Shown here piece by piece: positions 46,505 through 55,507 of a stretch of DNA of 64,000 bases. The notes under the pieces are model-generated. The model did no database searches and had not been told where the DNA came from. It saw nothing but the letters and a program-made list of their open reading frames with translations. The stretch lies in IMG/VR virus record IMGVR_UViG_3300028025_003977, positions 23,551 to 87,550 of that record; one strand, written 5' to 3'. The stretch comes from a virus. Positions within the stretch are counted from its first letter, which is position 1. Each line of letters opens with the position of its first letter. A program made the translations under genes and the position numbers.

Positions 46505-49441
46505 ATGGCTAGAAAAGTACTTCACGAGACGAATTATACATTCACTCCGTCAACAAGAACGATTGTAATCCCAGATCACATTCCAAGGGAGAGACTGGTA
46601 TTAATTACAAACGTAACTACTAACCAGGTTATCTACAACTTCTCTGACCCTAGTCTTAAAGCAACAAGCTACACACCAGCCATTGATTCAAACAACGTAG
46701 CCACAACTACTATTGTATTAAACTACAATACTGCAGCAATGTCTGCTACAGATAAACTTCAAATCACAGTTGATGAATATGCTGAAAGCTTCCAGCCAGA
46801 TGAAGCCTATATGGATCCAGTTGGAAAATTTAGAGTTTCCAACCCTACCTCTTTGATTGATACCGATTTTGAATACGGAACTCAGCCTACTAAATGGGAA
46901 GTATTAAGTCTTACAAATAATAAGCCATCTTGTTTTTATGATATTCAAACTCCAATTGCTCAGCCTTCTGGAGGAACAAATACATTTGTTTCAATTACAG
47001 GAACTGGATCATCTAGACTGGTAACTGTAGTAACTACGGCAGCCCACGGTCTTTCTGTTGGGGATAAGTTCTTTATTCAAGATACACTAGACGTTAATGC
47101 AGATGGATGGTATTTAGTCAGAAGCGTTTCAACAACAACAGTTTCTAATGACACCTTTACATATTATGCAAGAGCAAATGTTGCTAACGGATCAGTTCGT
47201 GATGCAACAAAAACTTTTGCCTACAAAGCTTTTAACTACACAGGATCTGAAATTCCTATTTCAGTTAGCTCTGGTGCTGCATTTACGGCATCTAGCACCA
47301 CAGTAACAGCAACAACAACACATGCTCATGGTCTTAGTGTTGGAGATTTAATTTATGTTAATGGCACAACAGCTGCCTCTTCTAATCCACCAAATGGTGC
47401 ATGGGAAGTAAAGACAACTCCAACAACAAACACATTCACTTTTGATGTTATTGATGCTCCATCTGGTGCAATTACAGCAACTGCAAAATCTTTAACTGGA
47501 AGACCAGGATCCCTTTCTGTTCACAGACCTTTTGACGGTGGAGTTAAGTTTACAACTGGATCTTCTGCCCCTGGTTCAAAGATCGTAAGACAGACAAGAA
47601 GATACTTTAGATACCAGTCAGGTAAAGGCATTCAGTTCTCTACTGGATCTATGCTAAAGCCAGTATTTTCAGTTGATCTTATCACAAGTTCCAGTACAAC
47701 AGTTACCGTTAAAACTAGATACGAACATTTCCTTGGAATTGGTGCACAGGTTACAGTAACTGGTGCAGATCAAACAGCATACAATGGAACTTTTGTGGTT
47801 ACGGCAATTACTGGACCTAAAGAATTCCAATACACCGCATCTTCAGTTCCTTCAGCAACTCCAGCAACTGGGTTCCCTATCACGGTAGCACCAGTCGCTT
47901 GGTTTGGTGGTCAGACAAGAGTAGGAATGTTTGATGAACAAAACGGATTCTTCTTTGAGTTTGATGGACAAACACTATGGGCAGTAAGACGCTCTAGTAC
48001 AGATCAAATTTCTGGAATTGTTGCAACAACTCAAGGTTCTCCAACAATCACTGGTACAGATACTAGATTCTCAGAACAACTAAATCCAGGAGACAAGATT
48101 GCTATTAGAGGTTTAACCTATACTGTTCAATCAATCACAAGTAATACAGAATTGTATGTGTTCCCAGAATATCGTGGTCAGTCAATTGCTTCTGGTGGAA
48201 TTGTAAGCAAGGTGGTTGACTTTAAGGTTCCACAGTCCTCTTGGAATATTGATAAGTTAGATGGCACAGGACCTTCAGGAGTAAATGTAGATCTATCTAA
48301 AATGCAAATGTTCTATCTTGACTATGCATGGTATGGTGCAGGTGCAATTAGGTTTGGATTTAAAGACGAGCGTGGAGAAGTTGTATACTGTCACAGAATG
48401 ACACATGCAAATGTTAAGTCAGAGGCATACATGCGTTCTGGAAACCTTCCTGCCCGATACGAAGCAGCAGCAGATGCACCAGTTACAAAGCTTTCAGCAT
48501 CACTTTCTGACTCTGCTACCAGTATGTCGGTTGCTAGTACTGTAGGATTTCCTTCAACTGGAACTCTGTCTATTACAAAGGCTGGAAATACTGCACAAGA
48601 AATTGAATATGTTTCTTACACAGGAAAAACAGCAACAACTTTTACTGGTTTGACCAGAGCTCTTACAAATGTAATTGTTAATCCAGTTACTGGTGCTACT
48701 GGTGGAGGTAATGCAACTGCTCAATCATTTACTTATTCAGCAACTGCTCCAGTAAGAGTTGACCTGTACTCTAGACAGTATGCAACTGGAACAAGTCACT
48801 GGGGATCATCTGTAATTATGGATGGTGGATACGATGATGACAAGTCTTTCGTATTCCAAGCAGGTATGAAAACTGGTGTAGTTGTTCCAAGAAGCACAAC
48901 ATCAAGATCTGCTCTAATTAGTCTAAGACTTGCTCCATCGGTAGACAATGGAGTAGTTGGAGTCCTTGGAGAAAGAGAACTTGTTAATAGAATGCAGTTA
49001 AGACTAAGACAAATGGATGTTTTAACCTTAGTTGCAGGTTCTCTTGGAAACCCAGGAGCATTCCTTGTAGAACTTATATTAAATCCAAGATTTAATACTG
49101 CAACTGGAAATACTTGGGAAAATGTTGGTGGATCAAGCTTGTCTCAAGTTTGCTATCACGCAACAAATACAACCCTAATTGGTGGAGAGCCAATCTTCTC
49201 CTTCTTTGTATCTACTCAGTCTGGTGAAGCAAACGTTGTGCAACAAGATCTTGGTTTGGTTAGAGATTTAGGAAACTCAATTCTTGGTGGAGGAACAACA
49301 AATACTGGTCAAACAACTGAGTTGAATATCTTCCCAGATGGACCAGACATTGTAACAATAGCAATCAGAAACCTTTCTGGTTCTGGTGTAACGAGTGCTA
49401 CAGTTAACGGAAGGCTTTCTTGGACTGAAGCCCAAGCATAG
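46505..49441 (+). CDS. Tail fibre/structural protein, module B gene 2 (paralog of 15025..18663)
   Basis: Collinear motif conservation with 15025..18663 from N- to C-terminus (WTESQA vs WTEAQA). Confidence 0.78.
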   Translation: MARKVLHETNYTFTPSTRTIVIPDHIPRERLVLITNVTTNQVIYNFSDPSLKATSYTPAIDSNNVATTTIVLNYNTAAMSATDKLQITVDEYAESFQPDEAYMDPVGKFRVSNPTSLIDTDFEYGTQPTKWEVLSLTNNKPSCFYDIQTPIAQPSGGTNTFVSITGTGSSRLVTVVTTAAHGLSVGDKFFIQDTLDVNADGWYLVRSVSTTTVSNDTFTYYARANVANGSVRDATKTFAYKAFNYTGSEIPISVSSGAAFTASSTTVTATTTHAHGLSVGDLIYVNGTTAASSNPPNGAWEVKTTPTTNTFTFDVIDAPSGAITATAKSLTGRPGSLSVHRPFDGGVKFTTGSSAPGSKIVRQTRRYFRYQSGKGIQFSTGSMLKPVFSVDLITSSSTTVTVKTRYEHFLGIGAQVTVTGADQTAYNGTFVVTAITGPKEFQYTASSVPSATPATGFPITVAPVAWFGGQTRVGMFDEQNGFFFEFDGQTLWAVRRSSTDQISGIVATTQGSPTITGTDTRFSEQLNPGDKIAIRGLTYTVQSITSNTELYVFPEYRGQSIASGGIVSKVVDFKVPQSSWNIDKLDGTGPSGVNVDLSKMQMFYLDYAWYGAGAIRFGFKDERGEVVYCHRMTHANVKSEAYMRSGNLPARYEAAADAPVTKLSASLSDSATSMSVASTVGFPSTGTLSITKAGNTAQEIEYVSYTGKTATTFTGLTRALTNVIVNPVTGATGGGNATAQSFTYSATAPVRVDLYSRQYATGTSHWGSSVIMDGGYDDDKSFVFQAGMKTGVVVPRSTTSRSALISLRLAPSVDNGVVGVLGERELVNRMQLRLRQMDVLTLVAGSLGNPGAFLVELILNPRFNTATGNTWENVGGSSLSQVCYHATNTTLIGGEPIFSFFVSTQSGEANVVQQDLGLVRDLGNSILGGGTTNTGQTTELNIFPDGPDIVTIAIRNLSGSGVTSATVNGRLSWTEAQA

Positions 49442-49453
49442 TGGGAGGAAAAC

Positions 49454-50131
49454 GTGGGACTTAACAAACTAAACCACCTTTACTCTACTGAGCCATTGAC
49501 AGTAGATTCTTTACTAGCTAACAATGACGTAACCGTATTAGATGACGTTAATGTATTTGGAGAAACCCTTGTTGATGGATTGCTTGGGCAGCCAAACCAA
49601 GTACTTAAAGTCAATTCTGCTGGAACTACAATTGAATGGGCTACCCTAGATGCTCTTCCATCACAGTCTTCAAATGCAGGAAAATACCTAACAACTAATG
49701 GAACTACTGCTTCATGGGCAACAATTACACTAAGTAACTATGCACTTTTAAATGCCCCATCTTTTACTGGAACAGTATATTCTGCTGGAAATGTTGTCTC
49801 ACATATTGATACAAATGCTCCAACTTTAAATTCTGGCAATTCCTATAAATATACGTTAGTTTTGGCAGATGACGGTAAGATGATTGAAATGAATACCTCT
49901 ACTGGAGTAGGAAACACTCTTGAAATCCCCTTAAATTCATCCCACGCCTTTCCAATCGGTACTCAGATATCAGTACTTCAAACTGGTGCTGGACAAACAA
50001 CTATCTCTGGAGCAGTTGGTGTGACCGTAAACGCTACTCCTGGAGCTAAACTAAGAGCACAATGGTCTGCTGCAAGCTTAGTAAAAAGAGCCACCAATAC
50101 TTGGGCTTTAATTGGAGATTTGACGGCATAA
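49454..50131 (+). CDS. Tail fibre-associated protein
   Basis: GQPNQVLKVNSAG and NAGKYLTTNGT fibre motifs. C-terminal FPIGTQISVLQTGAGQ...LRAQWSAASLVKR..NTWALIGDL domain. Confidence 0.72.
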   Translation: MGLNKLNHLYSTEPLTVDSLLANNDVTVLDDVNVFGETLVDGLLGQPNQVLKVNSAGTTIEWATLDALPSQSSNAGKYLTTNGTTASWATITLSNYALLNAPSFTGTVYSAGNVVSHIDTNAPTLNSGNSYKYTLVLADDGKMIEMNTSTGVGNTLEIPLNSSHAFPIGTQISVLQTGAGQTTISGAVGVTVNATPGAKLRAQWSAASLVKRATNTWALIGDLTA

Positions 50132-50134
50132 ATT

Positions 50135-51421
50135 ATGTTTTTATTTAAAAATCTCTCAACAATTGCATCTTCTGTTCGTAATATGTTTACTGATAATTTT
50201 AACAGACCTGATTCAGGAGAATTAGGAGATGCAACAGATCAGAGTAGATGGACAGCCCTTCGTGGAGTATTTACTATTTTTGAAAATAAAGCCAGAACAA
50301 CTTCTGCAGCCAGTACATACCCAATTGCCTCTATTACAATGCCAGATTCTCCTCTTGATCAAGATGTAGTTATTTCATTAAAGGGAACAACTCCTGGAAC
50401 TGGTGCAGCCCTTTGGATTACAGATAACAATAACTGGTGGGCTGTAACAACTGGTAAAGAAGTGGGAGAAAATTGTAACTGTGATACATGTTCTACATGT
50501 AATGCTGGAAATTGTAATGCTGGACCATGTACAACAAATGGAAACTGTATTGCTGGACCATGTAATGCTCAAGGAAATGCTTTTGGAAACTTTACTGCTG
50601 GAAACGTAAACGCATTTACTGGAAACAATCAAAACGCAGCAAGTGGAGGAAACGTAAACGCATTTACTGGAAACAATGCTAGATATTTTTGTAATGCTTG
50701 GAACTTTGGAAACTGCAATACTACTAACTCAGCATGTTCACAGCTAGGTGAACCAGTTCAAACTGGTGGAGGAAACTGTAGAGTTTGGAGAAGCCCCATT
50801 CCAAGATACTGTATTGGCTGGAACACTAGAAACTTTTCTCGTCCTTGTGTTGCATACAGTTGCGACACAGTAGGAAATAGATTTTGTAGGGCATCAAGCA
50901 TTACAAGCTACAACGCAGCAACTGGTGGAGGAAATACAAATACATTTTTCCCTGCAACTTGGAATGCAGCAACTGGTGGAGGAAACTTTAATGGAAACAC
51001 CTTTACCGTAACTGGATGGAACTGTGCTGGAACTTTTTGCTCTGGAACCTATAACTGTGCAGCATATACATGTACTGCTTGGACATGCACAAATACTACA
51101 TTTTCTAGTTGTAATTGTCAAACCTGCTTTCCAACATATGTTAGGGTTATAAAGTCTGTTGCAGGAACTGTTTCAGAATTAACTAGGTGGGTGGTTTCTA
51201 CCCTTGGAACACAATTAGTTAACTCTATGAGAATTACTACTAGTGGATCTCAAATAACAATTGAGCCATATGCAAATGCGGATCTTACATCAAAAATTGG
51301 AAGTGACCTAGTTTACACACCAACTGGTGTTGCACTTTCATCCAGCTATGGTATAATTGTAGAACCATCTCCTACAAGCCAAGGATTTGAAATTGATGAA
51401 ATTACAATTGAAAAAATTTAA
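50135..51421 (+). CDS. Beta-sandwich protein carrying a 218-aa, 24-Cys mirror-symmetric insert
   Basis: FTDNFNR N-terminus and YVRVIK...MRITT..QITI C-terminus resemble the two halves of a ConA-like sandwich. Residues 114-331 are Cys/Asn/Gly/Ala/Thr-rich. Confidence 0.8.
   Translation: MFLFKNLSTIASSVRNMFTDNFNRPDSGELGDATDQSRWTALRGVFTIFENKARTTSAASTYPIASITMPDSPLDQDVVISLKGTTPGTGAALWITDNNNWWAVTTGKEVGENCNCDTCSTCNAGNCNAGPCTTNGNCIAGPCNAQGNAFGNFTAGNVNAFTGNNQNAASGGNVNAFTGNNARYFCNAWNFGNCNTTNSACSQLGEPVQTGGGNCRVWRSPIPRYCIGWNTRNFSRPCVAYSCDTVGNRFCRASSITSYNAATGGGNTNTFFPATWNAATGGGNFNGNTFTVTGWNCAGTFCSGTYNCAAYTCTAWTCTNTTFSSCNCQTCFPTYVRVIKSVAGTVSELTRWVVSTLGTQLVNSMRITTSGSQITIEPYANADLTSKIGSDLVYTPTGVALSSSYGIIVEPSPTSQGFEIDEITIEKI
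50600..50677 (+). repeat. Exact 30-bp direct repeat (48-bp period)
   Basis: GGAAACGTAAACGCATTTACTGGAAACAAT at 50600-50629 and 50648-50677. Confidence 0.9.
50915..50985 (+). repeat. Exact 20-bp direct repeat (51-bp period)
   Basis: GCAGCAACTGGTGGAGGAAA at 50915-50934 and 50966-50985. Confidence 0.88.
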
Positions 51422-51431
51422 AGGATAAAAT

Positions 51432-51710
51432 ATGAGTGACAAAAAAGAAAATACAGAAGACGTTCCTGAGCTTAGAGTTCCACCTAATCCAGGACCAGAA
51501 AGATTGCCATTTGATATAGCCATGGTAATTAACAATTGTGTTTATCAGGTTTTAAATGTTGATGGCGACCATGCAGCACAGCTTTTGTCTCAACCAACTT
51601 ATATTAGGTTTAAAAACGAAGAAGCTAAGCTTGGATGGAAGTACGATCCAGAAACAAAAACATTTTCAAGACCGATTTACGATTCAGAAACTGATACGTT
51701 TCACTACTAG
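51432..51710 (+). CDS. Small GWKY-motif protein A (possible fibre assembly factor)
   Basis: IAMVINNCVYQV...AAQLLSQP...GWKYD; paralogous to 52413..52913. Confidence 0.7.
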   Translation: MSDKKENTEDVPELRVPPNPGPERLPFDIAMVINNCVYQVLNVDGDHAAQLLSQPTYIRFKNEEAKLGWKYDPETKTFSRPIYDSETDTFHY

Positions 51711-51723
51711 AAAGCATTAAAAA

Positions 51724-52413
51724 ATGAAGCTTATACAATTTACATGTGAGGATAAAACATATCCATTAAACGTTCCTATTCCTGCAAAAAAAATGATCCC
51801 ACAGTGGTATAAGGATGGAGAAACATACTACATTGACAAGCACAGTAATGATAGTGGTGCTGGGCTAAAAACATGCATACCATTTTTAGATGTTTTAACT
51901 GCTGGATATCTTTTAGTTACCCCCTTTGACATATTTGTTGGTAAAAAAGAAGACGGTTCCTTGAGTATTGAATGGAACTCTCCAGATCCTTGGCAAAATT
52001 TTGTAAACCAAAGACCTTATGAGTCTGGAGCAACTATTCCAAGACCTTCAGGTCATCTAGATGCTCATTTTGTTTGGTCAAATAAATGGGGATGGAAAAC
52101 TCCTAGAGGATATAGTACAATTGTTACACACCCATTCAACAGGTTTGATCTTCCCTTTACTACAATGTCTGGATTTATGGACACTGATAAGATTTCAGTA
52201 AATGGAAACGTTCCTTTCTTTTTAAAAGAAGGATTTTATGGAGTTATTCCAGAAGGAACTCCATATGCACAAATTATTCCAGTAAAAAGAAAGTTTTGGA
52301 AAATGATTAATAACCCTGCAAACATTGATTTGGTATCAATGCAAAGTGTTAAGATACACTCAGAAAAAGCTTATTATAAGAAAAAAGCTTGGATAAGAAA
52401 AGAGTATAACTAA
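51724..52413 (+). CDS. DUF6065-like protein
   Basis: PIPAKKMIPQWYK, KTCIPFLD.LTAGY, W.WKTPRGYS...HP.N..LPF...SG..DTD, GTP..Q.IP.KR..W. Confidence 0.68.
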   Translation: MKLIQFTCEDKTYPLNVPIPAKKMIPQWYKDGETYYIDKHSNDSGAGLKTCIPFLDVLTAGYLLVTPFDIFVGKKEDGSLSIEWNSPDPWQNFVNQRPYESGATIPRPSGHLDAHFVWSNKWGWKTPRGYSTIVTHPFNRFDLPFTTMSGFMDTDKISVNGNVPFFLKEGFYGVIPEGTPYAQIIPVKRKFWKMINNPANIDLVSMQSVKIHSEKAYYKKKAWIRKEYN

Positions 52414-52913
52414 TGTCTAAACATAAAAATGGAGTAATTGTCTTAAGCACATTGGACATTATTAAGGGTTGGTTTTCAAAAAGAAAAAGATTTGAAAACA
52501 AGCAATCTCTTTTTTATAACATGATGCCTCCCGAGCCACTTGGAGAAAAAATAATTAGTATTGCTATTGTTTTGGATGAAGAGGTTCAAGAAATTATTAG
52601 AGCACAGTCTGGGCTAGCCTCATTGTTTTTATCCAATCCTTCTTTTGTAGAAATTAGTAAAGAGTTAGATCCAGAAAGTAAGCCACAAGTTGGCTGGAAA
52701 TATATTGATGGAAGATTTTTTAAGAAGCATGTTCTTGTCAGGGAAAACGATGTTCTTTGGAGCGTTGATGGTGATCCTTGCGATGATCCAAACTGCGATC
52801 TTTGCCTTGGCGGTGGCAAATTAACAGCAACAATAAATGGAGAAAACACTCCAAGGCTTCCTGTTGTAAATAGAATAGAACCTAGTGAGGAAAAAGAAAA
52901 AAATGACGAATAA
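52413..52913 (+). CDS. GWKY-motif protein B with a C-terminal CxxxxCxxC
   Basis: IAIVLDEEVQEI...ASLFLSNP...GWKYID; PCDDPNCDLC. Confidence 0.68.
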   Translation: MSKHKNGVIVLSTLDIIKGWFSKRKRFENKQSLFYNMMPPEPLGEKIISIAIVLDEEVQEIIRAQSGLASLFLSNPSFVEISKELDPESKPQVGWKYIDGRFFKKHVLVRENDVLWSVDGDPCDDPNCDLCLGGGKLTATINGENTPRLPVVNRIEPSEEKEKNDE

Positions 52914-53562
52914 TATTGTTTTTACCAGCACGTTTCCACAATATGATATCCCACATCCAATTCCAGCAAGTAGGGCTGTTCCAGAATGGTGGAGAAAAGA
53001 ATCCACCGTAGCTGATCAGATTCATACAATGAAAAAATGTGTTCCAATTTTAGATTCTCTTACAGCAGGTTATGTCATAACACTTCCTTCTGATGTACAT
53101 AGAGCAAAGGGTATGGATAACTTTGGACAACGTTCAGATATATCTTTTGTTTCTCAGCATTATAAATTGCAAACTAAAGCCTATCCACTTTCAGAAGAAT
53201 TTGAAGATCAACCATACAAGTGGATAAATCCTTGGAAAATTACAACTCCAAAAGGATATAGTTGCTTATTTATTCACCCATTGAATTCAGGGGATATGCC
53301 GTTTCATTCTTTTTCTGGGGTAGTTGACACTGACAAGCATCCAGTTCCTGTAAACTTTCCATTTGTAGTTAAAAAAGATTTTGAAGGGGTTATCCTAGCA
53401 GGAACTCCAATTATTCAAGTTATACCATTTAAAAGAGAGTCCTGGAAAAGTAAAGTAATAGATGATAAAGAGTTTATTGAGGACAAATCTTTTTATAAGA
53501 TATTTAATCCCCCCTATGGTCAGTATAAAAGAAACTGGTGGAGTAAAAAGGAGTTTAGATAA
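52903..53562 (+). CDS. DUF6065-like protein (paralog of 51724..52413)
   Basis: PIPASRAVPEWWR, KKCVPILDSLTAGY, WKITTPKGYSC..HP.N, SGVVDTD, GTPIIQVIPFKRESW. Confidence 0.7.
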   Translation: MTNNIVFTSTFPQYDIPHPIPASRAVPEWWRKESTVADQIHTMKKCVPILDSLTAGYVITLPSDVHRAKGMDNFGQRSDISFVSQHYKLQTKAYPLSEEFEDQPYKWINPWKITTPKGYSCLFIHPLNSGDMPFHSFSGVVDTDKHPVPVNFPFVVKKDFEGVILAGTPIIQVIPFKRESWKSKVIDDKEFIEDKSFYKIFNPPYGQYKRNWWSKKEFR

Positions 53563-54299
53563 TGAGCAATTTTGTAGAATTTATTACGGAAGATGCAAAA
53601 AATCTAAGTGTTAAAAGTAATTCTGTAGATTTAATAATTACTCAAATTCCATTTTACAGGTTAGACTTTTTAAATTATGGTGGAGACCCAACAAAACAAA
53701 TAGGATCTGAAAAAAACACAAAAAAATATATTAATTCTTTATTGCAATCAATAAAAGAAATGGAAAGAGTTTTAAAGCCAACTGGATCTATTTTTATTGT
53801 TTCTCCAAGCATGGATAAAATGTACTTTGAGCTTCCTTTAAAGGTTTTAAAAAAAACAGATTTAATTTTAGCAAACTCCCCGTTGATTTGGAACTGGTCT
53901 GACCCAAAAGAGCAAGCTCAGCTTGGATCAATAAAGTTTAACTATGATCTAGTTTTTCATTTTGTTAAAAGCCCAAGCCTTTTATATAGCAATCCGTATG
54001 CAATAAGAAAACATTCTGAATCGATTTGGAATCTTCCTTGGAATAGCAGCCTCAATGATGTAATAAAAAGACTAGAAACTATTGGCTATGTAGAAAATTC
54101 TTTTACACCAGAAATTCCTAAAAGATTAATCGAAATGTTTTCCAAGCCAAATGATATTGTTTTAGACCCATTTGGAGGAAGTGGAACAACGGTGTGTGAA
54201 GCCTATAGTTTAAAAAGAAATGGTATAAGCATAGATGTTTCAGAACAGCAAACAGATTTAGCAAAAATTAGACTAGGCTTTATGAAAGAAAAAAAATAA
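53562..54299 (+). CDS. Beta-class N6/N4 DNA methyltransferase-like protein with a non-canonical catalytic motif
   Basis: SVDLIIT-QIPF in place of SPPY/DPPY; RVLKPTGSIF; intact SAM motif VLDPFGGSGTT. Confidence 0.75.
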   Translation: MSNFVEFITEDAKNLSVKSNSVDLIITQIPFYRLDFLNYGGDPTKQIGSEKNTKKYINSLLQSIKEMERVLKPTGSIFIVSPSMDKMYFELPLKVLKKTDLILANSPLIWNWSDPKEQAQLGSIKFNYDLVFHFVKSPSLLYSNPYAIRKHSESIWNLPWNSSLNDVIKRLETIGYVENSFTPEIPKRLIEMFSKPNDIVLDPFGGSGTTVCEAYSLKRNGISIDVSEQQTDLAKIRLGFMKEKK

Positions 54300-55237
54300 T
54301 GGAAACAATATATGTATCAACAGCAACAATGGACGACAACGAAACTGAAAGATCTATCCTTGGGCTCTTTGAAAAAGCAAAGTATCCAGAAAGAATTTAT
54401 GTTGGGTTGTCTTGCTCCACAAAGCATAAATCTTTTTATAAAAAATTGCTAAAGTCTTTTAAGAATAAAAATGTAAAAATTCTTTATAGCAAAATTACTC
54501 CCAACAGCCTTGACGTTTATGGTACTGGTCAAGCTAGATTTAAAGCATTTTCCATGTACTCAGGACAGGACTATGTTCTTCAGTGTGACTCTCACACAAA
54601 CTTTGAACAAGACTGGGATGAAATTTTAATTAACACATTTAAAGAAGCAAAGTCGGAACTAGGTCATGACAAAATTGTTTTAACTGCATATCTTGGACCG
54701 TATGAACATACTTCTTCTGGAATAAAAATAATTGATCCTCGTGCAAGATATCCATTTTATGTTTCTGGATTTTTTAATAATTATTTTGCTAAATGGATAG
54801 ATAAACCATTATTAGGAGAAAAAAAATATCCTGAAAAGTTTTATCCATGTGTAAAATTTAATGGAAACTTTGCTTTTGGAGACAAAAAATTTGCAGAAAA
54901 CCCTGGAACATACAAAGATGCATTTTTTTATGACGAAGAAATTATTCAAGGAGTAAATCTTATAAATAATGGATTTTATATGGTTTATCCAAACATTAAC
55001 TTACCAGTTACCCACCTATATTCTGATCATATAAATGAATTTGGTGGAGAAAGAAAATATTTTATAGAATATGTTTCTGAAAAAACTAGCGAAGTCCTTC
55101 ATAACCTTGCCCATAAAAGATATTACAGTCTTATTAACAACAAGGATTATATAAAAAAATATGAAGAGTATGCTAAAATAAATTTACGTCTAGGTTTATA
55201 CAAAGACAATGATTATATACCAGAAAAATATTTTTAG
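54299..55237 (+). CDS. GT60/Skp1-type GlcNAc transferase-like glycosyltransferase
   Basis: IYVS...LFEKAKYPERIYVG, G.GQAR...QDYVLQCDSH..FEQDWD, FNGNF.F, F..EE. Confidence 0.8.
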   Translation: METIYVSTATMDDNETERSILGLFEKAKYPERIYVGLSCSTKHKSFYKKLLKSFKNKNVKILYSKITPNSLDVYGTGQARFKAFSMYSGQDYVLQCDSHTNFEQDWDEILINTFKEAKSELGHDKIVLTAYLGPYEHTSSGIKIIDPRARYPFYVSGFFNNYFAKWIDKPLLGEKKYPEKFYPCVKFNGNFAFGDKKFAENPGTYKDAFFYDEEIIQGVNLINNGFYMVYPNINLPVTHLYSDHINEFGGERKYFIEYVSEKTSEVLHNLAHKRYYSLINNKDYIKKYEEYAKINLRLGLYKDNDYIPEKYF

Positions 55238-55246
55238 GAGACAGCT

Positions 55247-55507
55247 GTGAGCGATGATGATTTTTTAGAAGTTCCACCACTAAAGCCAGTAAGACCATGG
55301 GACTTGTTAAATCCAAATAAAGAAAAGGTTTCAGACGAAGCACAAAAAAGAAGAATGGATATATGTAAATCGTGTCCATTTTTTATTAAAATAACAGGTC
55401 AATGTAGTAAGTGTGGCTGCCTTATGGCTGGCAAAACAAAGCTTGCGGATGCTTCCTGTCCTATTAATAAGTGGGGACCAAACTCAGCAACTCTAAAGGA
55501 AGACTAA
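55247..55507 (+). CDS. Small Cys-cluster protein (DUF6171-like)
   Basis: RR..ICKSC...CSKCGC..KTKL..SCPINKW. Confidence 0.75.
   Translation: MSDDDFLEVPPLKPVRPWDLLNPNKEKVSDEAQKRRMDICKSCPFFIKITGQCSKCGCLMAGKTKLADASCPINKWGPNSATLKED

Noticed and set aside
15025-49441. Diversity-generating retroelement or invertible switch between the paralogous fibre modules
   Set aside because: No reverse transcriptase or recombinase. The copies are diverged at all codon positions, co-oriented, and show no adenine-specific pattern.
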